Positions 33,438 to 45,265 of a stretch of 64,000 bases of DNA are shown one piece after another; positions within the stretch are counted from its first letter, which is position 1; every line of letters begins with the position of its first letter. The DNA is taken from positions 163,742,001-163,806,000 of the forward strand of contig NC_042999.1 in the NCBI RefSeq assembly GCF_006345805.1, given 5' to 3'. The notes under the pieces are model-generated. The model searched no databases. It worked only from the letters and a program-made list of their open reading frames with translations, and was not told the origin of the DNA. A program made the position numbers and the translations under genes. The stretch is from Octopus sinensis. Its lineage: Eukaryota.

Positions 33438-36400
33438 CACAGAGCAACACTCAAAAAAGTACAAGAGATCTGTGGTCATTTTTATATGCAAAATGACATG
33501 GGAAATCCATTTCTGGCCTTCTTTTTGTTGAATTAGGCATGGTTTCTACAGAATTGTCACTGTATACCCTTTTTGTCATCATCATTAAATAAAATTCTCC
33601 ACCGCATTGTAAAATTGGTTTCAACCCAGGGCTAGAGATTCAATGTGATTCAAAGCTTGTGTTTAATGTTATTTTTATCTTTCAGATCTTATTTGTTTTC
33701 AACAATGAGTGCAAGACAGTGCAAAAATGATCCAAACAGATTATGTTATATCTGTGGGGAATTGACAAGAAAATATACAAAGCGTACTTCGATTGTTACT
33801 TAGGAGACCAGGGCTCCTCATGTGTGTTGCCTTACATGTATGAAGATACTGAGTGCTTGCTATGCAGGAAAAAATGTTCACATGAAGTTTGGTGTGCCAA
33901 TGATTTGGCGTGAGCAGAAAGATCACTCTAATGATTGCTATTTCTGTCACCATGACTTTACAGGCTGTACTACAGCAAAGAAAAAGAAACACATTGTTTA
34001 CCCAAATTTGCAATCAGCAATGCGCCCAGTAGAGCAGTCAGAAAATGTATCTGTGCCCAAACCTCCAGATCAAGAAATGCAGAATTCCAGCAGTGCTGAT
34101 GAACATTCCAGTGGTGAATGTGTGGAGCCCAATGATCCAGAAAGCAAGAATAAACCAATACCATTTTCTCAAGAGGCTCTAAATGACTTATGCAGGGATC
34201 TCTATTTAACCAAAGAGAAATGTGGGTTTCTGGCATCAAGGCTTCAAGAACGTAATCTTCTTGAGAAAGGAGTGAAGATAACACTGTACAGAAAACTTAC
34301 ATAGGATCTGCTTGTATTATTCGCCATGAAGGATGAATTATGCTTTTGTAATGACATCACTGAACTTTTTGAGCAACTGGAAATACCATATGATAAAACC
34401 AAATGGCGACTTTTCATAGATGCATCCAAGGACAGCATCAAAGCTGTTCTGCTACACAATGGTAGCACTCTGCCTTCTGTTCCCATAGCTTATAGACCAA
34501 CCATGAAATAATCATATGAAAATCTGAAAGCAATTCTAACAAGCATACAGTATGATGACCATACCTAGCATATTTGTGCAGATTTTAAGATTGTGGTCAT
34601 GCCTACTGGCCTTCAGCTGGGTATACTAAATTTTGCTGCTTCCTGTGCTTATAGAATTCCAGGGTAAGAGCTGAACATTATGTACGCAAGGATTTGTCGA
34701 TCCAAAATGAAGTTGAGCAAGGAAAACACAATACGAGGGGCGTTCAATAAGTAATGCCCCTGACCCACTTCCCATAGCAGTAGAGCAACGAAACTTGGCA
34801 CAGTTATTAGTCTTTTTCTACATAGGAACAACCCAGAGGTACGCATTTCTCCATTGTTTGATGCAGCTCTGGAGACCGTTTTTGTAGAAGACCCCAGCTT
34901 GGTCCACCAACCTGAACGTGACTTCAGAAATCAAGGCTGCATCACCTGGGAAACGCTTTCCTTTCAAAAACAACTTCATGACTGGGAAGAGGTGAAAATC
35001 AGAGCATGACCTTGCCTTCTTTGGAGGGGGTGAGTCACGGTGCTTCCACTGCATTGACTGGGCTTTGGTCTCTGAATCATCGTGATGGACCCAGGTTTCA
35101 TCCTGTGTAATCAGTCTTTTGAAAAATTTTGACTCATCTTCTTGGCACATCTCCAAATTCACCCTCGAGCACTCGATGCGTTCTTGCTTCTGGTAAGGTG
35201 TGAGCAACCTGGGAATCCATCTGGAAGACACCTTTTGCATATGCAAAAGGTCATGAATGATAGTTTCCACAGACCCGGTACTAATCTTGACCTCATGGGC
35301 TATTTGGCGAATAATTATGCGTCGATCTTCCAAAATGGCAGCTTCAACTTGACGGACAGATACCTCATCAATGGCAGAAGGGGCGACCAGATCTGGGAGC
35401 TGTTTCCACAGAGTTCCGACCATGTTTGAATTCACGATGCCAGCGTTTTACAAGGTCATATGATGGGGCATCATCACCATAAGTTACTTTCATTTCATCA
35501 AAAGTCTCCCGTGGTGTGCGTCCTTTCAAATACAAAAACCGGATCACTGCTCGACACTCAACATGCTCCATTTCACACTTGACTCGGTTCAAACACCTGT
35601 AAATCAGAAACCACAATTAATTCAGAGCTGTAATTTGCCACTTACTCTATAGAGATATAAATAATTGCACATACAAAATTTCAGCTAGATCAAACAATTG
35701 CAAGTGGGTCAGAGGCATTACTTATTGAACGTCCCTCGTATCATGCACAAACCACTTATGAAAAGTGATAGAATTTTTTTACCACCTTTGCATATTAAAC
35801 TTGGTTTGTTTAAGCAATTTGTGAAAGCCTTGGACAAAAAATCCTCCACATTTGCATATCTTGCAGAAAAGTTCCCTTCCCTGAGTCAAGCTAAAGTTAA
35901 AGAAGGTTTCTTCATAGGGCCCCACATTCGAAAAACTGTACTTGATGAAACGTTCATCACACATCTCAAGAGAAAAGAGAAGCTTGCCTTTGAGTCATTC
36001 AAGAAAGTTTTCGATAACTTCCTGGGCAACCATCGTTCAGAAGACTATGTGCAAGTTGTGAATGATCTGCTGAGTCATTATCATGATATGGGATGTAACA
36101 TGACTCTAAAAGTTCACGTGCTTCACTCTCATTTGGATTTTTTGCGGAAAATCTTGGGGATATGAGTGATGAACATGGCGAAAGATTCCATCAGGATATT
36201 TCAGCGATGATTCAAAGGAAACTGAAACCCTGGCATGTTGGCAGACTATTGCTGGGGTATAAAAAACAGAAGATCACACTCGGCACAAGATGCTTAGAAG
36301 GACAAAAGTGGTTTAAACTGACAGGTGTGTTTTTAATTCATAACCAATATATGTTTTGTTCGACCAACTAAATTTTTGTTTTGTTTTTTGTAACTTTCAG

Positions 36401-36590
36401 TATTTGCAATGTTGTGTTCAATACGCAATATTATGCAGTATATTATAAAACATATGGTACATGGTACAGGAAAACGGTGCCTAATCTGGAGGAATAAAGG
36501 TCAGAATCAGAATCAGGACAATTTTTTGACCCAGAAACAATTCTTACTTAACTTGTACTTTTTTTTTAACCTGAAATTTGTTGCACAGTG
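33438..36590 (+). mobile_element. Chapaev-type (CMC superfamily) DNA transposon, defective, interrupted by a mariner
   Basis: Ends CACAGAGCAACA..AAAAAAGTACAAG and CTTGTACTTTTTT..TGTTGCACAGTG, with a TATT duplication at 33434-37 and 36591-94. Transposase from ATG 33705: MSARQCKNDPNRLCYICG..PMIWREQKDHSNDCYFC..WRLFIDASKDSIKAVLLHNG..LPPLHIKLGL..SDEHGERFHQD. Family assignment is from remembered motifs. Confidence 0.85.
34734..35738 (-). mobile_element. Mariner (same family as 19102), internally deleted, nested in the Chapaev transposase
   Basis: TA-flanked TIRs at 34732-33 and 35739-40. Removing the element restores the in-frame host sequence GKHNIMHKPL. Confidence 0.95.
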
Positions 36591-36714
36591 TATTGCTGTT
36601 TAATCATCTTGTTTTTACTCCACACAAAGATCGCTTTGTTTCAGGGTTTTATTTTCTTAATGTGGATATTTTTGAGAAACGGATGTTATTTTTGGATAGA
36701 TGTAGTATCAGTGA

Positions 36715-37470
36715 GTGTGTATGTATGTATGTATGTATGTATGTATGTATGTATGTATGTATGTATGTATGTATGTATGTATGTATGTATGTATGTATGT
36801 ATGTATGTATGTATGTATGTATGTGTGTATGTGTGTATGTATGTATGTATGTATGTATGTATGTATGTATGTATGTAGTGTGTATGTATGTATGTATGTA
36901 GTATGTATGTATGTATGTATGTATGTTGTATGTATGTATGTATGTATGTATGTATGTATGTATGTATGTATGATGTATGTATGTATGTATGTATGTATGT
37001 ATGTATGTATGTATGTATGAATGTATGTATGTATGTGTATGTATGTATGTATGTGTGTATGTATGTATGTATGTATTATGTATGTATGTATGTATGTATG
37101 TATGTATGTATGTCTGAATGTATGTATGTATGTATGTATGTATGTACATACGTACGTATGTATGTATGTATGTATGTATGAATGTATGTATGTATGTATG
37201 TATGTATGTATGTATGTATGTATGTATGTATGTATGTATGTATGTATGTATGTCTGAATGTATGTATGTATGTATGTATGTATGTACATACGTACGTATG
37301 TATGTATGTATGTATGTATGAATGTATGTATGTATGAATGTATGTATGTATGTATGTATGTATGTATGTATGTATGTATGTATGTATGTGTATGTATGTA
37401 TGTATGTATGTATGTATGTATGTACGTACGTACGTATGTATGTATGTATGTATGTATGTATGTATGTATA
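36715..37470. repeat. (TATG)n array of about 750 bp with an internal 140-bp higher-order duplication
   Basis: Direct reading. The variant units TCTGAATG, TACATACGTACG and ATGAATG each recur 140 bp apart. Confidence 0.97.
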
Positions 37471-38184
37471 TTTTGTGTGGAAGTAGAAGACCACAATTGG
37501 TTGGCTCCTAATGGACTGTGCCACAATATAAATGGACATATGTAGGGAGCCTCCGGCGGTGTAGAGCAGTGTAAAGCCGAGAGTTGCGTATTGTCGAGGG
37601 TTATTACCAGTATCTTGAGTAGAACGATTTGCGAGGACATCATTATTATTCCGTTTTATCGTACGTCGAACAAGCGACACAACAGTATGTATCTTCTATG
37701 TTTTAATTATTATAAATCTTCCAATGAGGAGGGAGCCGGTTTCCAACAAAGATACAAGGCTCCATGTATGTATGTATGTATGTATGTATGTATGTATGTA
37801 TGTATGTATGTATGTATGTATGTATGTATGTATCTGTATGCACGGAATTTTGTGCATATGTTTATTTGAAATAAGTTTAAATGGAGAATCTTCGGAATAT
37901 TCTGTGAATCTTCACCATACGATTAATTGATTGGATTTGGAGGATATGAATCAATTTGCTTTGCTTCTTCTCAGAAAATGATAATATTTCTAGACTTTCT
38001 TGTAAATCGGTTGTTACAGAATCCATAAGTGTGTAACAAAATTTTCATTTTTTTGTCTTTGGTTAGTATTATTTCCCACTTGCTTCTATCTAGAAATCAA
38101 AGGAAATGACTACTATTCCCTTCAAACTTTTTTGCGACGTGGACAACAATGTCTGGAACCGACCTATTTTTCGTTACGTTTCAG

Positions 38185-38300
38185 ACAGATTCAGCGCTGA
38201 GTTGCTGAAGCAGAAATATCGTTATAGCAAATATTCTGCTCAATACCACAGATTTGCTTGTCAGTTGCTTAACCTTAAACTACTTGAGCATGTCCCTTAG
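38185..38300 (+). CDS. Candidate exon (phase 1), possibly terminal, 3' part repeat-derived
   Basis: TATTTTTCGTTACGTTTCAG|ACAGA. It joins the 33432 exon in frame as (D)RFSAELLKQKY... Confidence 0.33.
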
Positions 38301-38394
38301 TGGCTGACAGTATGTACATCTCTGGTCATGAGCAGGAGTAGTGGCTGGGAGCATCATAGTCATATGTTGCGAGGGACCCTTTGGAGGTTTGAAT
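38220..38394. repeat. Interspersed repeat fragment (unclassified)
   Basis: AAATATTCTGCTCAATACCACAGATTTGCTTGTCAG...GAGCATGTCCCTTAGTGGCTGAC is recalled as a common octopus repeat. It is flanked by AAATAT at 38214-19 and 38395-400. No second copy in the window. Confidence 0.42.
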
Positions 38395-38907
38395 AAATAT
38401 AAGAAAAGCAAAATTTGAAGTAAGTATTAACCATTTTTCAAACTTTCTAAGGGTCATGCTACATAGCATAATAAGTGCAAATAAGAATCTATTGCAGAGA
38501 GACAAGAGGTGTAAGTTTCATATTAGTTCTCTATGAAGATTCTGTTTTGTAAGAACTTGAAATGTAATTCACATCTGTAGGGCATCTGACTTCAACAACA
38601 ACAACAACAGTATGCGACATTTAGTCGTTGTCTCAGAAATCAATATCAGGTCCACTCTATATACACTGGACCACTGTTTTTTATTTGAATGTTCCACCTG
38701 CAGTCTTTATTTTTAAGACATAGAAACATTCTGGTTGAAGCGCGTTTTGTTTGGTATGACTGCGAAAACAAAGGTCTTGTAACAAGCTTTGACAGCCATG
38801 TCACGTTTCATGGAAAGATAATACCTTGCGGACAGTTTGGGGCAGCTCATGACGATGTGGCTGATACCTTCCACTCTGGTGTGGCACAGTTTTCATTTCA
38901 CAAAGTA

Positions 38908-39478
38908 CGAGGGGGTGCTAAAATGTTCCTGATTTTGGGCAAAAGAAAATACAGGGGTATCAGCTAATTACGATTTTATTCAACACTAGCAGTATCGCCC
39001 GGCGTTGCTCAGGTTTGTAAGGGAAATAACTATAAAGCATTTTTAGAGAGTTATAGCCAAAAAATAGCAAAAAAATGGAAAAAAATGATGGTAAATTTTT
39101 TTTTTAGTTAAAAAAGGTGGAGTTGCGTCCCCTAGACAGTTTGTGTTTCTGATTCTGGACCCCATGTCGAATTTATCGATTTTTTTCAGAACTGGGGGAA
39201 CTTTTCAAAATTTTCGCTGCGTTAGTTTTGAATTATGACATTGAGCTATGTGTGTGTCAAGTTTCATCAGAATCGGTTGAAAGCCGTGGTCAGGGTGAAG
39301 GTACAAGCAAACAGACACACAGAAACACGCACAGACAAACTGCCGTTTATATAGAGAGAGATATTCTCTTCTTAGATTCACAAACTTATTGCAGCGGTCC
39401 TTCAGTTTTTCTAAGCCCTGTGAAAGAACTCGCCTTTCGCGATACCCTTAAAACCAGGAACTTTTCAGTACCTCCTCG
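38908..39478. mobile_element. Mariner-derived MITE interrupted by a Helitron
   Basis: TA|CGAGGGGGTGCTAAAATGTTCCTG ... CAGGAACTTTTCAGTACCTCCTCG|TA. About 195 bp remain after removing the Helitron. Confidence 0.85.
38986..39361 (-). mobile_element. Non-autonomous Helitron, 376 bp
   Basis: Minus strand A|TCTCTCTCTATATAAACGGC... ends CCTGAGCAACGCCGGGCGATACTGCTAG|T. It sits at an A|T site (CAACA|TATTC) of the MITE. Confidence 0.9.
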
Positions 39479-40033
39479 TACATATTTTACTTATTAGTTA
39501 TTTAATAGCTGTCTCCTACTCCTGAATAGTGAATGCATCTTCTTGGCAGAATGCGATGTTTCTATAACAAATTCAGAAGGGATGTTATTCTCTTGCTTAC
39601 TTCTTGCTGATATATTCAGTGTTTTGGCGATGTGATTCCCCCCCCCGCATTAATTTTAAACACACACACACACACACACGCACACACACACACATACACA
39701 CACACACACACACACACATACATGTAAATATATATATATATATGTGTGTGTGTGTGTTTGTTGGTGTGTGTATATCTAAGTGTAGTCAAAATATAAATGA
39801 CCCAATGTTGTGAAATCGCATATAGTTAGTTTGTGAACGAGTAAATCTTAAAAATGTTTTAAATCTGTATTGGTTTAAGAATTTAGAAATTTGCAATATT
39901 CTCGGAAACGTATAAAGTTTTTCAAAGAGAAGAGACCACAAAAAGTTTGGAATACAAACATCGCTGTTTTCTCTCCTTGTCTTTTCGCCGTGCCTCTGGT
40001 TCCTTGTCTTTGTGTATGTACATCTGCTCCCCG

Positions 40034-40083
<50 letters not shown>

Positions 40084-40379
40084 TCTCTCTCTCTCTCTGT
40101 TAATGATGATAAGTAAGCCGAAACTTTGAAGTCACTGTCAACTTTTCCCATAAAAAAATACAAAACTTTACTGAAAAAGTTTCAGTGATTTTTCAGGTTA
40201 ATGTTTGGATGTTTTTATATAAACAGTAATAAATAAATATATGAACAAATAAATAAATAAATACATATTACATATACGTGTACATATATATGTATGTATG
40301 TATGTATGTACGTACGCACACACACACACACATAAATTAATATAAACAGCTAAGCGCAATATAATACCAAAAAGGATAA

Positions 40380-42240
40380 ATTTTTACCGTCACTAAATGT
40401 GACTGAGGGGTATATATATGGGAAGAAGAACATTGAAAATCAAAATTACGAATATTCCTCCGAAGTAGATGCTGCCTGGCTAGTGGCGGTGATAATAATG
40501 AACCAGGAAGAAGAAATCACCATTCTCCTGGCCTCAGTGGTAGAGGAAGTGAATTGGAAGGGACAATGCTTGAACATGTTGATTCAGGCAGATGTCCCTT
40601 GGCTGCAAGAAATTCCAGAAATGATAAACATCGGAGAGGAGGGGGCTGATCGTCTTCGTAGAAGGCAAGAGGCCAAGATGCTTTAACTGCGGGTTAAAGG
40701 GCCATATAAGGTACGAATGCCAACCCGCAAAAACAGTGCAAGAAGCTAAAGAAGGAGAAGGAACGACAGTGGAAACATTACCTACATCAGTCGAGACGAC
40801 ACCATTCCCATCAAAAGAAAAGGAAGAGTAGGACGATAAAGGAAAAGGTAGGCGACTGTTTTTAAAAAAGAAGAAAAAAAAATAGACCGCCCTTACGAGA
40901 CTGAAAAAAAAACGGGATAAAAACGAAAAAGATAAAGACATCAATTACATGGCCGTCAAGGCATCTAATAACAGACTGATTAAGCGTTTGGCAGCTATTT
41001 CATATGCCAAACGGGTAGAAAAAAACTTCATCAAAAGACTTTCGCATCTACAGGATAGGCCGGAAGGATTACGGACGGATTAAGTCCGAATTTTTTCATG
41101 ACGTGGGCGCTCTCAGGATGAACTAATCTCCATACATTTACGAGGGCCTGTGTAAAGAAAAACCACGATCCCGAGAGAAAGAAAAAGAGGAGGAAGGTGA
41201 ATCCACATCGAACCACTGGCGGGAGATAAGTCATGTCTAGCATTCATGTAGGTTGTATAAATGTGCGTGGCTTCAGGTCAAGCTGGAAGCAAGGCCACTT
41301 CTTTAATGACATCAGGTCGCGTAATTTGGATGTTATTGTTGCTACAGAAACCCGGTTAAGGGGGCCAAGAGAGCTGCTCCCGCTATTGGATGGTTACGAG
41401 AGTTTTTACTCTCCGGGATGTCCTTCTAGCGGTGTTGGTCCTATTTAAAAGAAACCGGGTTTCTGAGAAAAAGTTAATTTTTTCAGATCCAGAAGGTAGT
41501 CTGGTCGTCATGGACTTGACGTTCAGCCGTGGTAAGATTATCAGACTGGTTGTAATCTATGCACCCACGACAACTGGGCAAAGCGAATATTTTCGGAATC
41601 TGGAGAAGTTTCTTGGTACATCACATTCTTTAGTTGTGCTAGGAGACTATAACACAATCTGCGACGCACGTATAGATTATGTTGGCTCGTGTACAGAGAG
41701 AAAAGGTAATCCCTGCTTCCAGGAACTGCTAAGCCGCTTTGAGCTGACAGATCCATATAGGCTGGAATTTTCGAATGCTCCATTGTCAAGCAGCAATGAA
41801 CATGGTGAAACAGCGACGGATCTTCCATGTCGTGCTTAGATAGAGTGTTAATTAGAAAAGCAGATAGAAATATAGCTAGGTGTCTACAGTTTCACCCGGT
41901 CAGCTACAGTGATCATAAAATGGTTACCTGTAAGCTTGACATAGATAAGCTATATAATAGAGGTCCCGGCTACTGGAAACTTAATACATCTCTTTTGGCG
42001 ATTAAGGACTGGATTATGTTGTTGATTCAGAGGGCTTTAATCGGTTCCATTATTAATAATAAATGGTGGTATTCCCTCAAGCGAGCCATTAAATTTGACT
42101 CTATTAGATATAGCATAGGTTTAGTAGCTAGAGAGGCTAGGAAGGAATCAGCTTTAGTTAAGGACTAAGAGGAAGCAATGAAAACTGGCTCGGTGGCTCA
42201 GGTGAAGGCCAACAGACTGACGTTAAACCAGTACCTCGTC
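40380..42240 (+). mobile_element. L1/Tx1-like LINE 5' half (ORF1 with CCHC knuckle, APE endonuclease), decayed, 3'-truncated
   Basis: VEGKRPRCFNCGLKGHIRYEC at about 40655-40725. ORF2 start at 41233 reads MSSIHVGCINVRGFRSSWKQ..VATETRL, followed by VLGDYN, CLDRVL, SDHKMV and GPGYWKLNTSLL across frameshifts. Confidence 0.85.
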
Positions 42241-42244
42241 TAAT

Positions 42245-43500
42245 CTAGGCATTTGTTTTCTTGTCCCGCAATGTGACGTTGAGCATGATTTGTTCCATTT
42301 TTCGTTGGGCTACAATGAGAGCTTTCGTGATGGTAATGTCGAGAGCCCATGTTTCACTGTCGAAAACCACCACTGGCAGGATGTACTCGCTGAAGAACTT
42401 TCTTTTAATTTCTATGGAAGCTTTGGGACTTCTCATGAGGTTTTTCAACTTCCCAAAGGCCGACCAAACTGGAGCCAATCTCTTGATTTCTGTCTTTCGA
42501 CACTATCTCTCCTTGACAGACGTAGCTGTCTACCTTTTCTATGGTCTTCAGTTTACGGTGACGGGTGCAGGCGTTGAATATGACCTTGGTCTTTCCAAGG
42601 TTCATATTGTGGCCAACATGTTAGTTTGTAGTGTGGATATCGGTGAAGATTTCCTCCAGTTCCTCAGGTGTGAGCGTTGTCAAGATGACATCACCTGCAA
42701 AGTCCAGGTACTTATTCTCGTTAACATCGATGCTCTTCTTTTCCCAATGGATTTTGTTGATGGCTGAGTCTTGTAAGGCACCGTGTAAATAACTTCAGTC
42801 AGATGTTGTCATCTTGCCTCGCGCATCTCTCCAGCTTGATCTTACCTCTGTCTTGGTGTAGCCTGAGAGTTGATGGTGCACCACTGTAAAGATCTTTCAA
42901 TATTGCAATGTAGGCGGGGTCCGCTCCTTAGTTCTTCAGTGCCGTAAGGGGCGGGGAGAAATTTATGGAGCTGTATTAGTCAATAATGATAAAGCAGGGC
43001 GGGATGTTGTATTCGTTGGTTGGTAGAGGCCCAGGGTGCCAAACTTTTTCTGAGCATAATGTGGAAGAACATCTTGAAGATGAAAGGTAGGAGACTGACA
43101 GGATGGTAGTTCCTCAAGTCTGTCGTAACACCTTTCTTGTAAACGAAGACTACTATTGCATTCTTCCAACTGTTAAGGGCTTTGCCCTCTTCAAAGCATC
43201 TGTTGTACAGCTTGGTGAGCATCGTTGCGATGGGATCGTCACCGTCATGAAGAATGCCAACCGAGATGTTATCTTCATCAGTTGTCCTGTCTCTCTTGAG
43301 TCGTTTGATGCACGCTCTCGTCTCTGATAGTTTGACAGGGGACGTAGAGTAGGGGCTGTGTTGTTGGAGAATAGATGGTCTTGAGGTCGTCTGGTGCAAT
43401 ACAGCTTCCTATAGAATTTCTCACAACATTTGATAAACCACTTAATGTCATTGATGATTGTGCCGGCTTCTGACAAGGGCTGATGCTGTCTTTCCCCAAG
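42245..43500 (-). mobile_element. RTE-clade LINE reverse transcriptase fragment, decayed
   Basis: WKNAIVVFVYKKGVTTDLRNYHPVSLL, LDFAGDV (FADD-like), MNLGKTKVIFN, WSAFGKLK...ILPVVVFDSETWAL. Confidence 0.85.
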
Positions 43501-43699
43501 CATATCTAAATCAACACACGCGCGCGCACACTCACACACGCAATAATAAAGTTATGACCGGTCAGAGAGTTACCAGTGGTTTTGCACCTATGTCCTTAGC
43601 GATATAGGTGACTCGTTCAAACTATTTGGCCGGATATGTGTGTGTGTGTGTGAGGGTGGGAAATTGGGTGAGTGTGTGTGTGAGTGAGTATGTGTCACA

Positions 43700-44120
43700 T
43701 TGGGGTCATGCTACGGCACCCTCCTGCGGGATTGAGCCAAACAGATAGACACCAGGGCTTATTTTCATAAGACCGGTATTAATTGTTTCGCACATTGTTG
43801 CTCAACCGCTTGCTTACGGAATGTAAACAAGCCAACACTGGTTGGCAAGCGGTGGGGGGTGGGTGGGGGGTAAAACTACAAACAGAAAGACGCACACACA
43901 CACACATATATATATAGAAACAACTTTCCCTCCCTCCCTCCCCCCCCTCTCTCTCTATATATATATATATGCATAGGATGGGCTTCTTTCAGTTTCTGTC
44001 TATCAGCTCCACTCACATGACTTTAAGTCGGTCCAGGGCTATAGTAGATGACACTAACCGAAGGTATCATGCAGTGGAACCGAACCCACAACCATATTGG
44101 TGGGAAGCATGCTTCTTGTA
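43700..44120 (-). mobile_element. SINE family A, degenerate
   Basis: GGGCTTCTTTCAGTTTCTGTCTA..CTCCACTCAC...GGGCTATAGTAGATGACAC...GCAGTGGAACCGAACCC aligns with the other copies. Confidence 0.6.
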
Positions 44121-44190
44121 TACGTACAAACATACACATACACAAACACTAATACACACACGCGCGCGCGCACACATACCCATATATAAA

Positions 44191-44716
44191 CAGGGTGCGT
44201 AAGGTATATGAAGACATACATTTTTTGGCCGTTGCTGCATTTTTTGCTAACCCCGTATAACCTTTGTTTCAGAAAATAATAATGACAGATCCTCAACTTA
44301 CTCAAGAAATGAAGAGGCATGCTGTTATTGTGGTTATAAAGGCTGAGCATAGCAATTTAGAAATATCTTGAATTTTAAAAGTTGCCAGATCTTTCGTTCA
44401 CAAAGTTTGTAAGGACTGAAGAGGGAAACGTATCACCAGTATCAAAGCATAAAAAGCATTCTAAACAGTCTTTAAAAGCTGCCATGGTCAGAGTAATGTC
44501 CAACATGAACCACGATCACTTAATTCGAGCATGTAGATGATTTAGATCTCATATAGAAGCAGTTGTTGAAGCTGAAGGTGGCTTTATTGAATAACATTAT
44601 AGAAAATAAGGTTTATTTTTATCCTCATAACATTTTCTGATATATAAAGTTATTATCTGTTATTATATATCTGTTTTTTTTTAATAAATCTGTCCTCAAA
44701 TATCTTATGCACCCTG
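44191..44716 (+). mobile_element. Tc1/maT-like internally deleted element
   Basis: Ends CAGGGTGCGTAAG and CTTATGCACCCTG. N-terminal remnant MTDPQLTQEMKRHAVIVVIKAEHSNLEI.. is fused to the C-terminal remnant SLKAAMVRVMSNMNHDHLIRAC..IEAVVEAEGGFIE*. Confidence 0.78.
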
Positions 44717-44717
44717 T

Positions 44718-44792
44718 GCATATATATATATATATATATGTATATGTATATGTGTGTATGTATGTATATATATATATATATATATATATTAC

Positions 44793-44828
<36 letters not shown>

Positions 44829-44847
44829 CATACATACATATATATAT

Positions 44848-44905
<58 letters not shown>

Positions 44906-44914
44906 CATACATAC

Positions 44915-44979
<65 letters not shown>

Positions 44980-44988
44980 TATACATAC

Positions 44989-45062
<74 letters not shown>
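44718..45062. repeat. (TA)n/(TACA)n/(TG)n compound microsatellite
   Basis: Direct reading of the sequence. Confidence 0.97.
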
Positions 45063-45063
<1 letters not shown>

Positions 45064-45265
45064 CAAGGAAAACAAGACAAGGTAGAAAATTCTAAAATAA
45101 TTTTATCATGGCATACATTTTGTAATGGCTAGTACCGGTTTTTGCCTTTTCGACTTTTTCAATTAAGAGTAAAACAAAGGTGGATATTAATTAAGAAGAA
45201 AAACAATCAAATTGAAGAAAAAATTAAAGGAAATGTTTTGTAAATATTTCCATAGTCTTTAAATA

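Noticed and set aside
36649-37680. Long ORFs (343 and 311 aa) of HTYI repeats
   Set aside because: They are translations of the (TATG)n array. Stop-free frames are a by-product of the repeat unit.
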